The notes beneath the pieces are model-generated. The model saw only the letters and a program-made list of their open reading frames with translations, was not told the origin of the DNA and did not search any database. From assembly GCA_021324075.1 (NCBI GenBank), contig JAJPJW010000211.1, positions 1-61,363 on the forward strand: 61,363 nucleotides of DNA, given 5' to 3'. The position numbers and the translations under genes are program-made. Shown here in pieces: positions 1 to 10,073 of this stretch. Position 1 is the first letter of the stretch. Each line of letters starts with the position of its first letter. The DNA comes from Pseudomonadota bacterium (GTDB lineage Bacteria > Oederibacteriota > Muellerivitia > Muellerivitales > Muellerivitaceae).

Positions 1-1356
1 AAGGGCTATATCTATGCCAACCTCAACCCCAAAATGGATTATGACGACGACGCCAAGACGGTCGATGTCACCTTTGACGTGACCGAAGGCCAGGTGGCCT
101 ATGTGCAGGACATCAAGATCGTCGGAAACTACAAAACCCAGGATTACGTCATCCGCCGCGAGTTGGAAATCGCCCCGGGCGACAAGTTCGAGGCCGCCAA
201 GATCAAGCAATCGGTGGCCGACCTCTATAACCTGGGCTTTTTCGACGAGATCAACCCCGAGGTGGAGCCCGGCGACAGTCCGGACAAGGAGATTCTCGTC
301 TTCCGGGTGAAGGAACGAAAGACCGGTTCCATCAGCGTGGGCGGCGGTTACAGCTCCATCCAGGGACTGGTGGGGAACGTCAAGTTGGAGGAAGCGAACT
401 TGTTCGGTAAGGGGCAGCACGCCAACCTGGACATCGAATTCGGTTCCCTGGTGACCAGCTTCAGCGTGGGCTTCACCGAACCCTGGCTTTTCAACACGCG
501 GACTTCCTTGAGCCTCAACCTTTTCGATACCACCCAATATTGGACTACCGCCGTTCCCAATCCCGACGGCACCAACCAGTTCTACACGGAAAGCCAGTTG
601 GGCGGTTCCATCAGCGTGGGGAGGCGCCTCAGCCGTTTTTGGAGCGTTTTCGGGACCTACGCCCTGCAAAACGTCAATATTTACAACGTCGATTCCAATT
701 TTTCGACGCCTGGAAGCCCCCAGTACATCGCCCCCTCGGACACCACCACCAGCAGCTTGACGCCGCGCATCGTTTACGACAGCCGGGACAATTATTTCGA
801 CCCGACGACCGGCTGGAAGCACCAATTGTCCGTCGAGTTTGCGGGCGGTCCATTGGGCTTCGACAATAACTTCATCAAGGTGATCGCCGATTCGAGCCGG
901 TTCCTGCCCCTGCCCCTGGATTTCGTCATCGGGGAACACGTCAAGCTGGGCGCGGCCCAGGGCTATTGGTTCGCGGGCCGGGGATATACGGACGTCCCCC
1001 TTTATGAAAAGTTTTTTGCGGGCGGCACCGACACGGTCCGCGGTTATAACGAAAGAACCATCGGCCCGGTTTCCGGCGGAAACGCGCTTTTTGTCTCCAA
1101 CACCGAGCTCAAGCACGCCATCGTGGGCCCCTTAAGGGGGGTTGTTTTCTTCGACGCAGGGGATTCCTGGACCAACGCCTGGAGCCTGGACGAATCCCAC
1201 GTCCAATTCGGGGCCGGCTTGGGCATCCGCCTGACGATCCCGGGAACGATCATGGACATCCGGTTGGATTACGGATGGCCCATCGCATCCGACCTTCCCA
1301 CGGCCTCCGCCCCGCCGGGCGGCGTATTGCATTTCAACCTCGGCAATCTCTTCTGA
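1..1356 (+). CDS. bamA: Outer membrane protein assembly factor BamA (5'-partial)
   Basis: Frame open from base 1; POTRA5-like segment (IKIVGNYKTQDYVIRREL...LYNLGFF), barrel start (VKERKTGSISVGGGY, EANLFGKGQ), VRGY motif, C-terminal Phe. Confidence 0.95.
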   Translation, partial: KGYIYANLNPKMDYDDDAKTVDVTFDVTEGQVAYVQDIKIVGNYKTQDYVIRRELEIAPGDKFEAAKIKQSVADLYNLGFFDEINPEVEPGDSPDKEILVFRVKERKTGSISVGGGYSSIQGLVGNVKLEEANLFGKGQHANLDIEFGSLVTSFSVGFTEPWLFNTRTSLSLNLFDTTQYWTTAVPNPDGTNQFYTESQLGGSISVGRRLSRFWSVFGTYALQNVNIYNVDSNFSTPGSPQYIAPSDTTTSSLTPRIVYDSRDNYFDPTTGWKHQLSVEFAGGPLGFDNNFIKVIADSSRFLPLPLDFVIGEHVKLGAAQGYWFAGRGYTDVPLYEKFFAGGTDTVRGYNERTIGPVSGGNALFVSNTELKHAIVGPLRGVVFFDAGDSWTNAWSLDESHVQFGAGLGIRLTIPGTIMDIRLDYGWPIASDLPTASAPPGGVLHFNLGNLF

Positions 1357-1411
1357 CGCGATTGATTTTGACGGGTTGTTCCATCCCGGCCTTTCGCCTA
1401 TCCTACAGCGT

Positions 1412-2185
1412 ATGAAAATCCTGCTGACCAATGATGACGGTATCGAGGCCCCGGGGCTCCGGGCCCTCTATGAGGCGGTCAAGTCCATGGGGGAAATCGG
1501 GGTTTCGGCGCCGGACCGGCAGGCCAGCGCCACGGGCCATTCCATTTCCTTGAACAAACCTTTCAAGGTCCTTTCACCGGCTTGGCCGGAACTCCCCGCT
1601 TCCTACAGGGTTTCCAGCACTCCCGCCGATTGCGTGAGGACCGCCGTGATGAAGCTGCTGCCCTGGAGGCCCGACCTGGTCATTTCGGGCATCAACCAAG
1701 GGGCCAATTACGGGTCCCTGATCCTTTATTCAGGGACCGTGGCCGCGGCCGCCGAAGCGGTGCTCCTGGGTATTCCGGCCATGGCGATATCACTCACCAG
1801 CCACGTTTACAAGGACTTCAACACCAGCGCCCATTTCGCCCGGAAGATCGCCGAATGGATCGGGGAAAAGGGGCTGGCCCCGGGTGTTTTCCTGAACGTC
1901 AACGTTCCCCCCGTAGAAGAGGGAAGGGTGAAGGGGATCGCCCTGACGCACCAGGGCCAGTTCCGCCACGTAGAAGACCTGGAGGCGCACTCCGAGTTGG
2001 AAGGCCATTTCAACTACATCCTCAACAGCCCCAGCGAGCCGCTTCTCGAGCATCCGGAATCGGATGTGGCCAAGGCAAAGGCGGGATATGTTTCGGTCAC
2101 CCCCTTGCACCTGGATTTGACGGCCAAGCACCATTTCCCCCATTTTTCCGATTGGCCCTGGGAAAACGGGAAGGGAATCGAATAA
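1412..2185 (+). CDS. surE: 5'/3'-nucleotidase SurE
   Basis: MKILLTNDDGIEAPG, TPADCV, SGINQGAN, YSGTVAAA, SVTPL motifs; ATG 1412 preferred. Confidence 0.95.
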   Translation: MKILLTNDDGIEAPGLRALYEAVKSMGEIGVSAPDRQASATGHSISLNKPFKVLSPAWPELPASYRVSSTPADCVRTAVMKLLPWRPDLVISGINQGANYGSLILYSGTVAAAAEAVLLGIPAMAISLTSHVYKDFNTSAHFARKIAEWIGEKGLAPGVFLNVNVPPVEEGRVKGIALTHQGQFRHVEDLEAHSELEGHFNYILNSPSEPLLEHPESDVAKAKAGYVSVTPLHLDLTAKHHFPHFSDWPWENGKGIE

Positions 2186-2193
2186 GGCGGTTT

Positions 2194-2415
2194 ATGAGGG
2201 AGCGGATTGAAAAGGTCATCCAGGAAATCCGGGACATCCTCCGGGTGGACGGCGGTGATATCGAACTTGTCAAAGTGAGCCGGGACGGTGTTGTCCAAAT
2301 CCGCTTCATTGGGATTTGCGGAACTTGTGGAGGTTCACTGGATACCCTCAGGCGGGGCGCGGAACGAATGCTCAAGGAGCAGGTGCCGGAAGTCAAAGAA
2401 GTTGTGGCGGTCTGA
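2194..2415 (+). CDS. NifU/NfuA C-terminal domain Fe-S carrier protein
   Basis: IRDILRVDGGDIELV...GICGTC (CxxC)...VPEVKEVVAV; ATG 2194 inside the longer 1582 ORF. Confidence 0.85.
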   Translation: MRERIEKVIQEIRDILRVDGGDIELVKVSRDGVVQIRFIGICGTCGGSLDTLRRGAERMLKEQVPEVKEVVAV

Positions 2416-2613
2416 ACTTCCAAGATCCGTGCGGTGTTTCCAACCTTTGTTGACTATTTTTTGTTGGTGTAAATCCCCACGTCTCTTATACTGTTTCCGT
2501 TTTCCCCGTCGTTTTCCTTTCCTCGCTCATCGTCGCATTTGAAACAGCCCGGGTTTGTTTCCGGTCCGCCGAAGGCGGGACCGAGAAGAATCTTTTTTTC
2601 AGGGGGAGCCGAC

Positions 2614-3909
2614 TTGATACCGCGTTACACCTTGCCCGAGATGGGCGCCATTTGGTCCGAACAATCCAAGTTCGAATCCTGGCTGAAGGTGGAAATTGCG
2701 GCCTGCGAAGCCTGGGCCCGCCTGGGGCGGATCCCCCCCAAAGACCTGGCCGTCATCAAGAAAAAGGCCAAGTTTTCGGTCAAACGCATTGAAGCCATCG
2801 AACGCAAGACCAACCACGACCTGATTTCCTTCTTAACCTCCGTAGCCGAAAACGTCGGACCTTCCTCCCGTTTCATCCATTTGGGGTTGACCTCCACCGA
2901 CGTCGTGGACACGGCCCAGGCCCTGCAGTTGACCGACGCCTCCGACCTGATTCTCGCCCAACTCAAGAAACTCCGCGAAGTTTTGAAGCGCCAGGCGAAA
3001 AAGCACCGCTATTCCATGATGATCGGGCGCACCCACGGGGTGCACGCCGAACCCGTCACCTTTGGGCTCAAAATGGCCCTTTGGTACGACGAAGTGGGCC
3101 GCCAGGTGGACCGGTTGAACCAGGCCCGGGAGCAAATGGCCGTGGGCATGATTTCGGGGGCGGTCGGTACCTTCGCCAACATTGATCCCAGGGTTGAGAA
3201 GCACGTCTGCCAGCTTCTGGGACTCAAGCCCGCGCCCGTTTCCACCCAGACCCTCCAGCGCGACCGTCACGCCTATTTCCTGTCCGTCCTGGCGGTCATC
3301 GCCTCCTCTTTGGAAAAGTTCGCCACCGAAATCCGCAACCTCCAGCGCACCGAAATCCTGGAAGCGGAGGAGTTTTTTGCCGAGGGCCAGAAGGGCTCGT
3401 CGGCCATGCCCCACAAGCGAAACCCCCTGACCGCCGAACGGGTGGCGGGTTTGGCCCGGGTCATGCGGGGATACGCCCTGACGGCCCAGGAAAATGTGGC
3501 TTTATGGCATGAAAGGGACATCACCCATTCCTCGGCTGAGCGCATCATCCTGCCGGATGCCACCATCCTGCTCCACTACATGCTGGCCAAATTCATCAAT
3601 GTCATGGAAAAACTCAATGTTTACCCCGAAAGGATGAAGCGCAACATCCAACTGACCCGGGGCCTGGTTTCCTCCCAACAGGTGCTTTTGGCCCTGGTCA
3701 AGCGGGGATATACCCGGGAACAAGCCTATGCCATCGTCCAGCGGAACGCCTTGAACGCCTGGAAAAACGAGGCCAATTTCCGGCAATTGCTCGAAGCGGA
3801 TCCGGATGTGGCCAAGGCCCTGACTCCGGCGGAGATTGAAGAATGCTTCAATCTTTCCTATCACATGAAGAACGTGAACTATATCTTGAAGAGGGCTGGA
3901 ATACTCTAA
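2614..3909 (+). CDS. purB: Adenylosuccinate lyase
   Basis: IPRY N-terminus (TTG after AGGGGGAG SD), GRTHGVHAEP, GSSAMPHKRNP signature. Confidence 0.97.
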   Translation: MIPRYTLPEMGAIWSEQSKFESWLKVEIAACEAWARLGRIPPKDLAVIKKKAKFSVKRIEAIERKTNHDLISFLTSVAENVGPSSRFIHLGLTSTDVVDTAQALQLTDASDLILAQLKKLREVLKRQAKKHRYSMMIGRTHGVHAEPVTFGLKMALWYDEVGRQVDRLNQAREQMAVGMISGAVGTFANIDPRVEKHVCQLLGLKPAPVSTQTLQRDRHAYFLSVLAVIASSLEKFATEIRNLQRTEILEAEEFFAEGQKGSSAMPHKRNPLTAERVAGLARVMRGYALTAQENVALWHERDITHSSAERIILPDATILLHYMLAKFINVMEKLNVYPERMKRNIQLTRGLVSSQQVLLALVKRGYTREQAYAIVQRNALNAWKNEANFRQLLEADPDVAKALTPAEIEECFNLSYHMKNVNYILKRAGIL

Positions 3910-3919
3910 GGAGCGGGCA

Positions 3920-4174
3920 ATGGGCTGGCATGTCAGTGTCTATGTGACGTTGAAACCCTCGGTGCAGGACCCCCAAGGCGCCACGGTGCAAAGGGCCCTC
4001 AACCAAATGGGATACCAGGCGGTCCAGGGCGTGCGCATGGGCAAGTTCACCGAGCTGGAATTCGACGGGAAACTTTCCGAGGCGGACGTGAAAAAACAAG
4101 CCGACGAGATCTGCGACAAGCTCCTGGCCAATCCGAACATCGAATCCTACCGCTTCACAGTGGAGAAAAAATGA
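3920..4174 (+). CDS. purS: FGAM synthase subunit PurS
   Basis: [23 protein letters not shown] motifs. Confidence 0.95.
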   Translation: MGWHVSVYVTLKPSVQDPQGATVQRALNQMGYQAVQGVRMGKFTELEFDGKLSEADVKKQADEICDKLLANPNIESYRFTVEKK

Positions 4175-4869
4175 GGTTTTCCGTCACCGTTTTCCCGGGC
4201 TCCAATTGCGATCACGACTGTGAATACGTGATCCGGGACGTCATGGGCCAGAAAGTCGAGATGGTTTGGCACAAGGAGACCGACTTGAGAAATCCGGATT
4301 GCGTCGTGGTGCCGGGCGGTTTTTCCTACGGCGACTACCTGCGCACGGGGGCCATCGCCCGTTTTTCCCCGGTGATGAAGTCGGTGGCCGATTTTGCGGC
4401 CAAGGGCGGCCTCGTCGTCGGCATCTGCAACGGTTTCCAGATCCTTTGCGAGGCAGGGATGCTTCCCGGGGTCCTCATCCGCAACAAAAGCCTCCAATTC
4501 ATCTGCAAGAACGTTTATATCAAGGTCGAACAAACCGATACCCCCTTTACCAACGCCTGCAAGCCCGGGCAGGTTTTGAAGATCCCCATCGCCCACGGGG
4601 AAGGGAATTACTTCATCGACGCGGAAGGCTTGAAAAAGCTCAAGGACAACCGGCAGATCGTGGTGCGTTATTGCGACCCCGAAGGCCAAGTGACGCCCGA
4701 ATCAAACCCCAACGGGTCCTTGGACGCCATCGCGGGCGTCTGTAACGAAAAACGCAACGTCTTCGGACTCATGCCCCACCCGGACCGCTCGGGCGAGGAT
4801 GTGCTGGGCAGCCATGACGGTCAGGTTATCTGGAAGTCCATATTGGCCGCCAAGGCGGGTGTGGCATGA
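4171..4869 (+). CDS. purQ: FGAM synthase glutaminase subunit PurQ
   Basis: [38 protein letters not shown]. Confidence 0.97.
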   Translation: MRFSVTVFPGSNCDHDCEYVIRDVMGQKVEMVWHKETDLRNPDCVVVPGGFSYGDYLRTGAIARFSPVMKSVADFAAKGGLVVGICNGFQILCEAGMLPGVLIRNKSLQFICKNVYIKVEQTDTPFTNACKPGQVLKIPIAHGEGNYFIDAEGLKKLKDNRQIVVRYCDPEGQVTPESNPNGSLDAIAGVCNEKRNVFGLMPHPDRSGEDVLGSHDGQVIWKSILAAKAGVA

Positions 4870-7094
4870 CTTCCTCCATCATGGACGTCGAGATAACGCC
4901 CCAGGTCATCAAAGAACACGGCCTCAAGCCCGACGAATACGACCGTATCTGTAAAATCCTGGGCCGCAAACCCAATATCACCGAGTTGGGCCTTTATTCG
5001 GTCATGTGGAGCGAGCATTGCGGTTATAAACATTCCCGGGCCCTCCTTAAAACCCTTCCCACCAAAGGGCCCAAGGTCCTTCAGGGCCCCGGTGAAAACG
5101 CGGGCATCATGGACATTGGTGAAGGTTGGGCGGTGGCTTTCAAAGTTGAATCCCACAACCACCCCTCCGCGATCGAACCTTACCAGGGTGCGGCCACGGG
5201 CGTAGGCGGCATCCTGAGGGACATCTTCACCATGGGCGCGCGCCCGGTGGCCAATTTGAACTCCTTGCGCTTCGGCCCCCTATCCGACCCCAAGGTGAAG
5301 CGGCTTTTCGCCGGGGTGGTCAGGGGCATCGCCGATTACGGCAATTGCATGGGCATTCCCACCATCGCCGGGGAAGTGGTCTTCGACGAGTCCTATACCG
5401 AAAATTGCCTGGTCAACGCCATGTCGGTGGGGTTGGTGCGGCATGAACATATCATCAAGGGCAGGGCTTCCGGTTTGAACAACCCGGTTATTTACATCGG
5501 CGCCACCACGGGCCGGGACGGCATCCACGGCGCCACCTTCGCTTCCACCGAGATCACCGACGAGTCCACCGAAAAACGCAGTGCGGTCCAAGTGGCCGAT
5601 CCTTTCATGGAAAAGCTGCTGATGGAAGCCACCCTGGAACTCATCCACAACGACCTGCTGGTGGGCATCCAAGATATGGGCGCGGCCGGCTTGACCTGCT
5701 CCACCTGCGAAATGGCCAGCCGGGGCGGCGCGGGGATCGAGATCGACGTGGCCAAGGTCCCCCAGCGGGAAAAGGGAATGACGCCTTACGAAATCCTGCT
5801 CTCCGAATCCCAGGAACGCATGCTCTTAGTCGCCAAGCCCGGATGTGAGCAAAAAGTCCACGACGTCCTGGCCAAATGGGACCTGCATGCGGCCACCATC
5901 GGTTTTGTCACCGATACGGGGCGCATGGTGGTCAAGGAAAACGGAAAGGTGGTGGCCGACGTTCCGGCCGACTCCCTGACCGAAGCGCCCATTTACCACC
6001 CGGCCAAGAGTGAACCGGCCATCCTTAAGAAGCACCGTGATTTTGATGAAACCAGCGTTCCGGATTGCAAAAATCCCGGGGAGATCCTTGAGAAGCTCCT
6101 ATCCGACCCCACCATCGCCAGCAAGCGCTGGGTTTACCGCCAATACGACCACATGGTCCGCTCCAATACGCTGGTCCGCCCCGGATCGGACGCCGGGGTC
6201 CTGCGGGTCAAGGGAACGTCCCTCGGACTCGCCATGACCATCGACGGCCTGGGTTCCTATTGCGCCCTGGACCCCTATGAGGGTGCCAAGATCGTGGTGG
6301 CGGAGGCGGCCCGGAACATCGCCTGTTCGGGTGCCGAACCGATCGGGATGACGGACTGTTTGAATTTCGGCAGCCCGGAAAAACCCGAAGTCTATTATTA
6401 CTTCGACCGCGTGATCTCGGGCTTGGGCGACGCCTGCCGGGCCTTCAACATCCCCATTACCGGCGGCAACGTCTCCCTTTATAACGAAAATCCCTCGGGT
6501 GCCATTGATCCCACCCCCATCGTGGGCATGATGGGCCTTTTCTCAGACGTGAATACCGCCGTGACCCAGTGGTTTAAGGACGACGGAGATCCTATTTATT
6601 TACTGGGGGATATCGGGGGAACCATCGGTGGAAGCCGTTACCTGCAGGTGACGCATGGGAAAAAGACCGGCCGCTGCCCTCACCTGGATTTGGAAGCCGA
6701 ACATCGGCTCCACCAGGTTTTGAAAGCCATGGCGGATGCCAAGTTCCTCCAAAGCGCGCACGATTGTTCGGATGGAGGGTTTGCGGTGGCCCTGGCCGAA
6801 TGCTGCTTCACAGGATTGACCCATGAGGAGGCGGCCCGCGGGGCGAAGGTTAGCCTGCCGGGCAAGGGCCGTTTTGACGGGCGCCTCTTCGGCGAAGCCC
6901 AGTCCAGGGTGGTGGTTTCCTGCAAACCGGCCATGGGGGCCCAACTGGAGGCCATGGCCAAGAAATTCGGCGTTCCTTGTGAGAAAATAGGCCAGGTAGG
7001 CGGCAAAGAGCTGGCTGTTGGAAATGAAATGAAAGTTTCAATCGATAAGCTCGCGGATCTTTTTTTCACGAGCATCGAAAAACAAATGGCCTAG
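4866..7094 (+). CDS. purL: FGAM synthase subunit PurL (small type)
   Basis: [39 protein letters not shown]. Confidence 0.97.
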   Translation: MTSSIMDVEITPQVIKEHGLKPDEYDRICKILGRKPNITELGLYSVMWSEHCGYKHSRALLKTLPTKGPKVLQGPGENAGIMDIGEGWAVAFKVESHNHPSAIEPYQGAATGVGGILRDIFTMGARPVANLNSLRFGPLSDPKVKRLFAGVVRGIADYGNCMGIPTIAGEVVFDESYTENCLVNAMSVGLVRHEHIIKGRASGLNNPVIYIGATTGRDGIHGATFASTEITDESTEKRSAVQVADPFMEKLLMEATLELIHNDLLVGIQDMGAAGLTCSTCEMASRGGAGIEIDVAKVPQREKGMTPYEILLSESQERMLLVAKPGCEQKVHDVLAKWDLHAATIGFVTDTGRMVVKENGKVVADVPADSLTEAPIYHPAKSEPAILKKHRDFDETSVPDCKNPGEILEKLLSDPTIASKRWVYRQYDHMVRSNTLVRPGSDAGVLRVKGTSLGLAMTIDGLGSYCALDPYEGAKIVVAEAARNIACSGAEPIGMTDCLNFGSPEKPEVYYYFDRVISGLGDACRAFNIPITGGNVSLYNENPSGAIDPTPIVGMMGLFSDVNTAVTQWFKDDGDPIYLLGDIGGTIGGSRYLQVTHGKKTGRCPHLDLEAEHRLHQVLKAMADAKFLQSAHDCSDGGFAVALAECCFTGLTHEEAARGAKVSLPGKGRFDGRLFGEAQSRVVVSCKPAMGAQLEAMAKKFGVPCEKIGQVGGKELAVGNEMKVSIDKLADLFFTSIEKQMA

Positions 7095-7110
7095 GGCCGG
7101 GGAAAACTCA

Positions 7111-8562
7111 ATGAGTGAAAATGTGAACCAACCTGAAGATCCCGAGGCGAACCGCCGGTTGGATGACGACAAGCCCCACGATCAGTGCGGGGTTTTCGGC
7201 GTTTATGGCCACCCCGAAGCGGCCAAGATCACCTACTTAGGGCTTCATTCCCTCCAGCACCGCGGCCAGGAATCGGCCGGCATCTGCACCATGGACAACG
7301 GCCGCCTGTTCAACCATAAACGCATGGGCCTGGTGGCCGACATTTTCAACGAGGACGCCTTCAAGGAACTGCCGGGCCGGGTAGCCATCGGCCATGTGCG
7401 TTATTCGACCACCGGTTCCAGCCAGCTCCGTAACGCCCAACCCATCGCCGTGGAATACGCAAGGGGAAGCATCGCCATCGCCCATAACGGCAATTTGGTC
7501 AACGCCCGCCGCATCCGGGACGAATTGGAGGCCCGGGGTTCCATTTTCGTGTCCACTGTGGATTCGGAAGTCATCGTCCACCTCTTGGCCCGGTCGACCA
7601 ACCACACCATGATCGAAGGCGTCATCGAATCCCTGAAGCAGGTTCGGGGCGCTTATTCGCTGCTGATGCTCTCGGATGACGGCATGATCGGCGTGAGGGA
7701 CCCACAGGGTTTCCGCCCCCTTTGCCTCGGCAAATTGGGCGACGCCTGGGTCTTGGCTAGCGAAACCTGCGCCTTTGATATCGTGGACGCCAAATATATC
7801 CGGGATGTGGAGCCCGGCGAGATCGTCCTGATCAACGAGAATGGACTGGTTTCCATCAAGCCCTTTGAGAAGACGGCCCACTCCATGTGCATCTTCGAAT
7901 ACATCTATTTTGCCCGGCCCGATTCGCGCATTTACAACACCAGCGTCCAGAAGGTGCGCAAACGCCTGGGGGCCATTCTGGCGCAGGAAGCCTACGTGCC
8001 TGCCGACGTGGTAGTGCCCGTACCCGATTCCTCCAACATGGCGGCTACGGGTTTCTCCGAGGAATCCAAGGTCCCCTATGAATTGGGCCTGATCCGCAAC
8101 CACTATATCGGCCGCACCTTTATTGAGCCCGACCAGACCATCCGGGACTTCGGGGCCCGCCTGAAATACAACCCTGTGAGGGAATCCCTGGAAGGGAAAA
8201 GGGTTATTCTGGTTGACGACTCCATCGTGCGTGGGACCACCATGCGCAAGATCGTCAAGATGATTCGGAACGTGGGCGCCAAGGAAGTGCACCTCCGCAT
8301 CACTTCGCCGCCCATTATCTCACCATGCTTTTATGGGATGGATTTTCCCAGCCGGAAGGAACTGATCGCCGCCACCCACAGCCTGGAGGAGATCCAAACC
8401 TACCTTCGGGTGGACAGCCTGGCTTATTTGTCCGTGGAAGGCATGATGAAGGCCGTCGAGGGAACTCCCCAAGGGCACTGCACGGCCTGCTTCACCGCCA
8501 AGTATCCCGTCCCCTTTGACGAGGAAACAGAGAAATACAGCCTCGAAGCGGCAAAGTGTTGA
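7111..8562 (+). CDS. purF: Amidophosphoribosyltransferase (propeptide, Fe-S type)
   Basis: Propeptide then CGVFG, LQHRGQESAG, HNGNL, VDDSIVRGTT, Fe-S cysteines (CIFE, PCFYG, CTAC). Confidence 0.97.
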   Translation: MSENVNQPEDPEANRRLDDDKPHDQCGVFGVYGHPEAAKITYLGLHSLQHRGQESAGICTMDNGRLFNHKRMGLVADIFNEDAFKELPGRVAIGHVRYSTTGSSQLRNAQPIAVEYARGSIAIAHNGNLVNARRIRDELEARGSIFVSTVDSEVIVHLLARSTNHTMIEGVIESLKQVRGAYSLLMLSDDGMIGVRDPQGFRPLCLGKLGDAWVLASETCAFDIVDAKYIRDVEPGEIVLINENGLVSIKPFEKTAHSMCIFEYIYFARPDSRIYNTSVQKVRKRLGAILAQEAYVPADVVVPVPDSSNMAATGFSEESKVPYELGLIRNHYIGRTFIEPDQTIRDFGARLKYNPVRESLEGKRVILVDDSIVRGTTMRKIVKMIRNVGAKEVHLRITSPPIISPCFYGMDFPSRKELIAATHSLEEIQTYLRVDSLAYLSVEGMMKAVEGTPQGHCTACFTAKYPVPFDEETEKYSLEAAKC

Positions 8563-8585
8563 GCTGAGGGGGAGATCCCAAGAAG

Positions 8586-9851
8586 TTATTTCTCGGCCGA
8601 AACCACCCGGTTGCGGCCTTTTTCCTTGGCTTCGTAAAGAGCGTGGTCGGCCCGCTTGATGACTTCCTCCGGCGTCCTGTGGGTTTTCGTCGTGGACGCC
8701 ACCCCGACGCTGAAGGTGATATGGACTTTTTTGCCCCGGCCTTCACTGCGCCGCGAGAGCAATTTGGAGGCGCTGTAGCCGGCTTTACGCTGCCCCCGCA
8801 AGGTGAACTTGCGTTTTTCCAGGGCGGCCCGGGTCTTTTCCATCATCTCCTGGGCGGCCCCGTGATCCGATTTCTCAAAGACCACACAAAACTCCTCGCC
8901 GCCGTACCGGTAAACCCGGTCTCCCAGGTTTTCGGCCAAATGTTGGGCCACCATCCGCAACACGTTGTCCCCCTCGGCATGGCCGTAAGTATCGTTGAAC
9001 TTCTTAAAGTGGTCGATGTCCACCATGGCCAGGGAGAATTCCCCGTTGAGCGTATGGAGCCGTTCGTCCATGGCCTGGCGGTTGGAAACGGCGGTCAGGG
9101 GGTCCAAATACACCTTCTGCCAATACATGCGCAACAAGGCGTGCAGGAGGATAAGGGTGATGGTGGAGAAGGCTACGACGATATGGAAGCTGGTGGGGAC
9201 CTTGGAAAGGAGGGGCGGGGGAAGAAGACAGACTTGGCTGATGAACAGGAAGGGCACCAGGGTAGTCATCAAAGCCACCAGGAAGTTTTTGACCTTGGGA
9301 TCGTAGAGATAGACCACAATTAGAAAGAAAAGAAGGACGGCTACCAGGCAGAGCCAGGGAAGCCGGCTCCCCTGGGCCGGGTTGGAAGGCCCCCAAAACA
9401 TCAGTTTTTGGTACAGGTCGGGGGCCCAGCTCAAAAGACAGATCAGTAATAGCAGAGGGGAAAGGGACAAAAGGAATCGCGCCAGGCTTAAATCGCTCCA
9501 TAACCGGCTTTCTTTTAAGAAGAAAACGACGCAAAGGGCGAGGGGATAGGCCACAGAGACGATTTGGAGGGTTTCGATGCGCCCCGTTTCCGTGATGACG
9601 AAAAGCCCCGGGCTGCGCAGGTAGAAATAAAAGGACAAAAGAAACAAGGCAGTCCAAAGGATGCGGGTCTGGTTCACCTGCCATCCCAGAAAGGCAATGA
9701 GGATGAGGCCGGCGTAAGGAACCAGAAAAATGGAATTGGCCACGGCTTTGTGGGAAATGATGTCGGGACTGAGCGGGGGCAGAAAATAAAAGAAAAGGGG
9801 GATGGAGCAGACCAGGAGATAGATGCCAGCCCATTTGGTTTTTTCGGACAC
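8586..9851 (-). CDS. Multi-pass membrane diguanylate cyclase (GGDEF domain)
   Basis: Several hydrophobic helices, then DPLT...NR, DIDHFKKFNDTYGH, RYGGEEF, ADHALYEAKEKGRN; GTG start. Confidence 0.92.
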   Translation of the reverse strand: MSEKTKWAGIYLLVCSIPLFFYFLPPLSPDIISHKAVANSIFLVPYAGLILIAFLGWQVNQTRILWTALFLLSFYFYLRSPGLFVITETGRIETLQIVSVAYPLALCVVFFLKESRLWSDLSLARFLLSLSPLLLLICLLSWAPDLYQKLMFWGPSNPAQGSRLPWLCLVAVLLFFLIVVYLYDPKVKNFLVALMTTLVPFLFISQVCLLPPPLLSKVPTSFHIVVAFSTITLILLHALLRMYWQKVYLDPLTAVSNRQAMDERLHTLNGEFSLAMVDIDHFKKFNDTYGHAEGDNVLRMVAQHLAENLGDRVYRYGGEEFCVVFEKSDHGAAQEMMEKTRAALEKRKFTLRGQRKAGYSASKLLSRRSEGRGKKVHITFSVGVASTTKTHRTPEEVIKRADHALYEAKEKGRNRVVSAEK

Positions 9852-10073
9852 GTTTATTCCTTTGGGTAGACGCGAGAAGGGTTGCTGGCAGACTTAGAGG
9901 CTGGATTCCGGATGATATTTTAAGTGAGGGAATTCTGCGGAACAATCACAATTCCTCGCAAATCTTTCCCCGGGCCGGTACAATTGATTCCGCAATTCGA
10001 CATTGACGCGGTAAACCATTAATCCAATTTTCATAACCGTACCGGACTTGAAAATCCGGCCAGGAGGCAGGCC

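Noticed and set aside
1582-2193. Long N-terminal extension of the NifU-like ORF
   Set aside because: Off-frame overlap of surE; a good ATG with SD lies at 2194
2416-2613. Known purine, ZTP or PRPP riboswitch before purB
   Set aside because: Consensus elements not recognisable by eye; kept only as an unknown leader
7237-8292. 351-aa antisense ORF over purF (similar ones over purH 15529-16884, fabD and fabF)
   Set aside because: Shadow ORFs from GC3 bias opposite well-conserved genes
9852-10073. Hairpins between the GGDEF gene and purM (GAGGGAATT...AATTCCTC; CCGGA...TCCGG)
   Set aside because: Short, no U-tract or known motif; could be chance
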